In this document: in pieces, positions 15,725 through 21,159 of the stretch
Layout: each line of letters starts with the position of its first letter
Position numbering within the stretch: position 1 is the first letter of the stretch
Origin: a candidate division WOR-3 bacterium
GTDB taxonomy: Bacteria; Hydrothermota; Tepidihabitantia; Tepidihabitantales; Tepidihabitantaceae
NCBI GenBank assembly: GCA_965648935.1
Contig: CBFGIY010000039.1
Coordinates: forward strand, 1-21,159
DNA length: 21,159 bases
Direction: 5' to 3'
The notes under the pieces: generated by a model
What the model was told of the DNA's origin: nothing
What the model saw: the letters and a program-made list of their open reading frames with translations, nothing else
The model's database searches: none
Program-made: the position numbers and the translations under genes

Positions 15725-17467
15725 CTACCGGGCAATCACCAGTCTGTGCGGGCAAGCATTGGTCGCGTCGTCCCGGCGCAAGAAGTACACGCCGGGCGGC
15801 AGGCGACCGAGGTCGTTGTCGCCCGGGACCAGGACCTGTACCCTGCGGCCGAGCGCATCGTGCAGGGCTCGCGGCCCGTCGTCGGGCAGGAGGAGTCGGG
15901 TGCCGACCAGCGTTGGCAGCGCACGCGCCCGGCCCGGTGTCGGGCCCGGTTCAGCCAGCGCGGTCGGCACTACCGCAAACGGCGCGTCGGACCGGTCGTA
16001 CTGCCAGCCAGGGCCATAGGCCATCGCGACAATCCACGCCGCGGTCAGCGTCGTGTCCGGCACGACCCAGTCGTAGCCGGTGTCTGCCGGGGCCAGGCCG
16101 GTGACGATGGTGTCGGTGCGCCAGAACCACTCGCCCGGCCGCACGACGGTGTCGGTCAGCAGGAACAGCGAAACCGAGTCGCAACGCGGCGGGGTGAAAG
16201 TGCGCCAACTAATCCGGCAGGTGTCGCCGACCACCAGGCTGTTGCCGCCGTTGGGGCTGAGCAGGCGCACCGCCTCAACCTCGTAGCAGCGAATCTGGCG
16301 AGTCTCGGGCCGGGTGAGCAGGACCTCACCGTAGCCGTTGCGGTTGGCGTCGGCGACGCGGGCGCGCAGGGCGTAATTGGGGGACAAGCCGGCGGACCAG
16401 ACCCATTCAAACCCGCCGGGCCGGGCCTGGTACACCCGCGCCTCGCCTGGCGTTACCCAGACGATTTCGTCCTTGCCGTCACCGTCGAGGTCGCCGCAGT
16501 CGCTGTGGCACGATTGGTCCTCGCCGTAGTAGAACCGAGTGTCCACGGTGCGGCGCTCATAGCGGTTGTTGCCGACCGCATCCCAGCCGAGCAGCCGGTA
16601 GTAGCCGTAGGGGTAGTTGTAGTAGTTGGCGAACACCTCGGGCGTGCCGTCGCCGTCAATGTCACCGGCGAATGTCGAGTTGCTGTTCGTCTCGTCGACC
16701 GAGTCGACATAGACCAGCGCATAGCTGTCCTGCCCGACCGCGGTGTTCTCAAGGAAGTGCATGAACGAGAAGCCGGTGGCATACTCCATCAGGCCGTCGC
16801 CGTCGAAGTCGCCGAATGCGACCGTGAACGGCCAGCGCACCTGGGGCACGGATATCGACACAAACGAGTCGTCGCCGCGCGACTCCCACAGACGCATCGC
16901 GCCGTTGACCACTCCAAACACCTCGTTGTTGCCGTCTTGGTCAAGGTCGGTGATGGCCGCAAAGTCGAGCGGGTAGTAGCGCCAGGTGTCCGGCGAAAGC
17001 CAGGCCATGCGGGACGGGTGCGAGTCCGGGCCCGGGCTCTCTACAAGGGCCGCTTGAAGAATGGTACGGACAGAGTCGCGGAAGTGCCCCATCGTGCCGA
17101 CAATGTCGGGCCGGCCGTCGCGGTCCGCGTCGCCGATGGCCCACGGCGTGAGGTTGCCGGTTACCGGGTACGGCGGGTATGGATAGCCGCCCGTGTCGGC
17201 ATACACCAGTTCCCAGCGGTTGACCGCTCGGTACTCGCAGAGCTCCCAGCGCAGCGGGTCGGTGCGCGAGTAGGTTACACCGGTACGGTAACAGACCTCA
17301 AGTAGGCTGTCGCGGTCGGTGTCGCCCGTGGGCACGCCGCAGAAATGGGCGGAGCTGAGGTTTGGGCCCGAGGGCAGGATTGAAACGAGCTTGAGGCTTA
17401 GTGCCGCAGTCGGCAGGGGTGCTGCCGCCAGCAGGGCCGGCAGCAGCACCCATTCTGCCTTCTTCAT
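15725..17467 (-). CDS. Secreted FG-GAP/VCBS-repeat beta-propeller protein with a T9SS-like C-terminal domain
   Basis: Signal peptide. Seven DxDxDG-type repeats (GDTDRDS, GDADRDG, TDLDQDG, GDFDGDG, GDIDGDG, GDLDGDG, ADANRNG). VRLLSPNGG...ISW Ig-like segment. C-terminus HDALGRRV...LPPGVYFLR...RLVIAR. Confidence 0.85.
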   Translation of the reverse strand: MKKAEWVLLPALLAAAPLPTAALSLKLVSILPSGPNLSSAHFCGVPTGDTDRDSLLEVCYRTGVTYSRTDPLRWELCEYRAVNRWELVYADTGGYPYPPYPVTGNLTPWAIGDADRDGRPDIVGTMGHFRDSVRTILQAALVESPGPDSHPSRMAWLSPDTWRYYPLDFAAITDLDQDGNNEVFGVVNGAMRLWESRGDDSFVSISVPQVRWPFTVAFGDFDGDGLMEYATGFSFMHFLENTAVGQDSYALVYVDSVDETNSNSTFAGDIDGDGTPEVFANYYNYPYGYYRLLGWDAVGNNRYERRTVDTRFYYGEDQSCHSDCGDLDGDGKDEIVWVTPGEARVYQARPGGFEWVWSAGLSPNYALRARVADANRNGYGEVLLTRPETRQIRCYEVEAVRLLSPNGGNSLVVGDTCRISWRTFTPPRCDSVSLFLLTDTVVRPGEWFWRTDTIVTGLAPADTGYDWVVPDTTLTAAWIVAMAYGPGWQYDRSDAPFAVVPTALAEPGPTPGRARALPTLVGTRLLLPDDGPRALHDALGRRVQVLVPGDNDLGRLPPGVYFLRRDDATNACPHRLVIAR

Positions 17468-17472
17468 CTGTA

Positions 17473-20400
17473 TCAGTGCACCAGCACGAGCCGGGCGGTC
17501 ACGACTTCACCCGCCGCCGTGGCGCGGCAGTAGTACACTCCGGCGGGCAGACGTCTGCCATCGAAGCCCGTGCCATCCCAGGTCCAGGCCTGCCGGCCGG
17601 CCGCGAGCAGACCGTCGCTGAGCCGGGCCACCTCACGCCCGGCCATGTCGTGAACGCTCAGCCTGACCGGGGCCGGAGCAGCCAGCACCAGGGACAGACT
17701 GAACCGCCCGCTCGCGATGCCGGGCCTTGCTTCCAGTTGCAGGCCGTTCTCCGCGGCTATCGGCTCGACCGACTGGATGCCGCCGCCTGCGGGCCGGCGC
17801 GCGGTCTCGCTCACGGTCAGTTCGGCCAGCGCCACGCCCGAGTTAGCCGAGCGCAGGTTCAACACGACCATGCCGTCATCGCGGTACAGCCGGGCAGGCA
17901 GGTCAAACCAGCCGGATGCGGCCGAGTCTGCCGGCAGGCGGACCGCGAACAGCCGCGACCCGTCAACCGATACCGTGCAGACCACGGTTGCGCGGGTCGG
18001 GTTCAGCAGGCGTATCTTCGCCGAGTAACTTTGCGCAGGTGCCAGCCAGGGCAGGCGGTAGCGCAACCCGCTGCGGCCGAAGTCGGCCCTTGCGTCCCGC
18101 CAGGCGAAGGCTGAATCCCGGTTCAGGCAGTAGGATGAAGGTTCGTCCTCACCGGTGGCGACGGAGTATAGCGCTGGGTCAATCGAGCTCGGCGCGTACC
18201 GCTTGCGCAGAAAGCGCACTTCGTGAACACCATCGGCGAGTTGCTCTGTCCAGATGGTGTTGTAGTGCGCAGACTCCTCGAGGAAGTCGAGCGCGCAGTG
18301 CGGGAAGGCGGACTGCGATGGAGACTGGAACAGCGGTCTCGGCGGGTCTTCGCCGTGGCGCATCCAGATGTCCCATTCGCCACTCACCGTCTGCTCCTGC
18401 CAGACCGTGCCGAGGCCTAAGGTCGTCTGCACCGGATACTCGGACGCGAGGTTGGCGCTGACGCTGCGATTGCGCCGGCCCCACACATGCAGGGGTTCCG
18501 GGATCTTGTGGTCACCGAGCCACGCGTCTCCCGGTTCGCCGCCTAGGTTGCTGGGCCCGCGCCAGACGCAGTACACCTTGTCGCCGTAGGTTTCCAGCGC
18601 CGGGCTCCAGGCCGGCTCTGACAGCGTGTCCGAGGCCCGAACCGGTTCGGTCCAGACCCCGTCGATGCGTTCGCTGTACAGCACTCCACCCTCAGCTTCC
18701 CACGCAAGGTGCAGGCGGTCACTGGGAAACTCGGGTGTGTATCCGACGGTCGGGGTCAGGCACAGGTCGGGCGTGGAGGAGTAGATAACCTCGGGAGGCA
18801 GAACCTGTCCGCTGAATAGCTCGCTCAAGTAGATGTAGTTCTCGGTCGGTGGACCCTCGCCGCCCGGGCGCACGTGCACGGAGTAGGCAACGCGTACGGT
18901 CGTCCCGCCCGGGAACGCCGCATAGCAGGGTGCCGGTGCTCCTGCCCAGACGTACGGCGGACTGGCCTCAAACAACTGGTAGTGCTGCCACTCCGGCCAG
19001 ACCTGCCGAACCGCGACCATCACGTTGCCGTTCTTCAGGTAGGCCACCTTGGGCCAACTACCCTCATCCGTCACCAGGGCCGGGTACTCGCCAAAGTCGA
19101 CGGTCTCGGGCAGGCTCCATGCCCTGCGCGTGTTGCCGGACCGCAGGTAGTAAACCACGCCGTTGTCTTCGTAGACAATCCCCAGCGTCCGGTCAAGCGG
19201 AGATGTGACGGTAGTGCTGACGTGACGCTGCTGGTTGAAAGCGGTGGCTCCCTCGCGGTCCGAGAGCAACTGCGGACCCCAGTGCGAGTACAGCGTAGTC
19301 ACTTCGTTCTCATCACCGAGAGTGACCAGGTGCAGTGTGCTGCGCGCATCGACGGCCAGCCTGGGTTTGTAGCTGTTGCCGGTGCCGAGCGCCAGGGTCT
19401 CCGGCGGCAACCAGCCGGCGCTCAGGCTGGGAGAACGACGGCACACGACGCGCTCGCGGCCGTTGATGGACTGCTGCCAGAAGACGTAGGACAGCCCGCG
19501 TGCGTCGGTTTCGACTGTCGGCTCGCAGAGGCTGGCCGCGGGCGCCAGGCAGACAGCTTCTTCTTGGGGCGGCCACGTTGCGCCGCCGTCCGATGATGTG
19601 ATGGCGTACAGCGAGAAGGCGTCGGTCATCTCAAAATACACCCAGGCGACGTCGACTCTTCCGTTTGGCCCCGCCGCGACAACCGGACCGCGCCGGCCGG
19701 TGTCGTCCGATTCGAGCGCACTCGCGGCCCACAGCTTGTGACGAGGCAGCTAGGTTGCGCCGTGGTCTGTGGACCGCCGGTGCCAGAAGTATATGTTGCC
19801 GTCAAAGTAGTGACTCCACGTGGCATGCAGAGTGCCGTCGGGGCCGAACTCGATCGACGGGAACGACATCAACGGCACAATCGTCTCCTGCCAGAGCACG
19901 CACTCATCCTCCCATGACACCCCGCCGTCTATCGACCGTCGGTAGCGCAGACTCTGGTCCTGCACGTCCCGGTTGTACCAGCAGACCACGACCACCGTTC
20001 CGGTCTGGTCGACGGCGACTGCCGGGCGCGTCGCGGTCACGACGCCAGGCGCCGTGAGCACCTTGGTAGTCCCTGACGGGTGTCGGTACACCACGGCGCC
20101 GCGCTCATCGTCTGCGAGCGCTATCCAGACGATGTGTGGTTCGTCGCTCCCGTCGCGCGGGACATCAAGCGCCGCGTACATGGCGTCCTCGGATGCATAG
20201 GACACGGTCTGTGACAGCCAACTCGTGCCTTGGTTGGCTGACCGTGCGTATCGCACGACCCGTGCTGACGCTTCCTGGACGCAATAGACTGTATGGGTTA
20301 AGTACGGCGTCGGCGCACACAGCGCCCGTGCCGCGGATGATGACAGGTATGCCTCCGTGTTCGGCTCCACTGCGATGCGGCTGTCACGCCACAACTGCGC

Positions 20401-20485
20401 AATCGCGGTGGCCTGCAGGCATACCGTCAGCAGGACGGTTACTGCGGGGAGCCCCCCCCCCCGCGCCAATGGGCCTCGCTCTCAT
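17473..20485 (-). pseudogene. Interrupted ~1003-aa secreted BNR/Asp-box repeat protein with a FlgD-Ig/T9SS-like C-terminal domain
   Basis: Track ORFs 19750..20469 and 17473..19641 are one reading frame separated by a single TAG (19752..19750). Asp-boxes RSANQGTSW, RSIDGGVSW, RSTDHGAT*, SSDGGATW. C-terminus VHDMAGREVA...WDGTGFDGRRLPAGVYY. SD AAGGAGG with ATG 20485 is out of frame by 1 nt across a G11 tract. Confidence 0.8.
20452..20462 (-). repeat. G11 homopolymer in the signal-peptide coding region
   Basis: Run of 11 C on the plus strand, the longest homopolymer I saw in the window. Confidence 0.9.
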
Positions 20486-20608
20486 GCTGCCCTCCTTGCG
20501 TGGGTGCGTGCACTTTCGAGCCAGCGGATGCACCCTTGTTCTCGCTGGCACGGCGGACTCAAATCCGACAGAGCTTGAGTCCAGCCGGACTGAGTCTCAA
20601 GCGAATGA

Positions 20609-20637
20609 CATATAGCACTCAGGTTGGTTCTTGTCAA
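20609..20637 (-). promoter_or_regulatory. Probable promoter of the two-gene cassette
   Basis: TTGACA 20637..20632, 17 nt, TATATG 20614..20609 preceded by TGC (extended -10-like). A second TTGACA lies at 20645..20640. Confidence 0.5.
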
Positions 20638-20658
20638 GCTGTCAATGCCGCCGTTCCG

Positions 20659-20790
20659 TGGTCCCGCGGGGGTACGCGAATCGTGGCCGCAGACGGGTTT
20701 CGCTACGAAGTCCGCAACCGGGTCACGCTCTGCCGGTGCGGCCGGTCGGCCAACAAGCCGCTCTGCGACGGCAACCACGCGCAGGGCTGA
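20659..20790 (+). pseudogene. Direct repeat copy 2: orphan 3' fragment of a CDGSH gene
   Basis: WSRGGTRIVAADGFRYEVRNRVTLCRCGRSANKPLCDGNHAQG* versus WLRGGIPVVAADGFRYEVRNRVTLCRCGRSRNKPFCDGSHVQG* (35/43 aa identical). No SD-led start. Confidence 0.85.
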
Positions 20791-20806
20791 CGGGACGGGC
20801 GCAACC

Positions 20807-20834
20807 TTGACACGGCTCGGCAATCGAGGATAAT
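20807..20834 (+). promoter_or_regulatory. sigma70-type promoter for the TM2 gene
   Basis: TTGACA 20807-20812, 16 nt, GATAAT 20829-20834. Confidence 0.65.
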
Positions 20835-20903
20835 CATTCGTCCTTTCGACAGGCAGACGCGGGCCGGCCCCCGTGCCGGCAGACAAATCATAAGGAGAGT
20901 GTA

Positions 20904-21146
20904 ATGGCAGACGAAGTGAAAGCCGCCCCGACCGAAGAGAAGTCAGACAAGACCAAGCTTGTCGCCCTGCTTCTGTGCATTTTCCTCGGCGGACTGGGCG
21001 TGCACCGGTTCTATGTCGGCAAGATCGGGACCGGCATCGTGTGGTTGCTGACTGCCGGGGTGTTCGGCATCGGATGGATAGTTGACATCATCATGATTGC
21101 GACCGGCTCGTTCAAGGACAAGCAGGGCCGGAAGCTGTCCGACTAA
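20904..21146 (+). CDS. TM2 domain-containing small membrane protein
   Basis: [48 protein letters not shown] is a typical TM2 signature. SD TAAGGAG at 20891-20897. Confidence 0.92.
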   Translation: MADEVKAAPTEEKSDKTKLVALLLCIFLGGLGVHRFYVGKIGTGIVWLLTAGVFGIGWIVDIIMIATGSFKDKQGRKLSD

Positions 21147-21159
21147 GAGCACAAGACTC

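Noticed and set aside
19750..19752. Genome-wide TAG reassignment or pyrrolysine
   Set aside because: TAG terminates many genes here at sensible positions (GH106, PDZ protein, fusA, CDGSH, FG-GAP); no pyl genes are in view; the site corresponds to Trp, one base from TGG
20500..20790. 96-aa ORF as a full CDGSH gene
   Set aside because: Its N-terminal half runs antisense through the cassette leader and promoter; similarity to CDGSH begins only near 20659
1..21159. CRISPR array, IS/transposase, integron attC sites, reverse transcriptase/DGR
   Set aside because: No regularly spaced repeats or such genes seen; the differences between the CDGSH copies are not adenine-specific as a DGR template/variable pair would be

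Overview
High-GC bacterial chromosomal segment. The secreted proteins with FlgD-Ig/T9SS-like C-termini resemble those of FCB/WOR-3-type bacteria; this lineage call is inference only. From left to right the window holds: the 5' part of an Mrr-type restriction gene missed by the ORF track; a compact rhamnose operon (rhaB-rhaA-GH106); a GNAT; an SPFH protein; a SAM methyltransferase; a PDZ lipoprotein; an Ig/beta-helix lipoprotein; a secreted hypothetical protein starting directly behind a CCA-less tRNA-Asp(GTC); a GNAT-like protein; a stand-alone EF-G followed by a double-CDGSH Fe-S protein; a ~5 kb cassette; and a TM2 protein. The cassette (about 15.7-20.65 kb) is the most unusual part. It is bracketed by two diverged copies of the last 132 bp of the CDGSH gene and encodes two secreted beta-propeller proteins. 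The larger gene (~1000 aa) is inactivated twice: a G11 tract puts its SD-led ATG out of frame, and an in-frame TAG replaces the Trp of an Asp-box. It is preceded by a structured leader. Several intergenic regions show back-to-back sigma70-like promoters, one built as a perfect palindrome, and some appear to drive leaderless mRNAs. All family calls come from motif recognition by eye; no database search was run.
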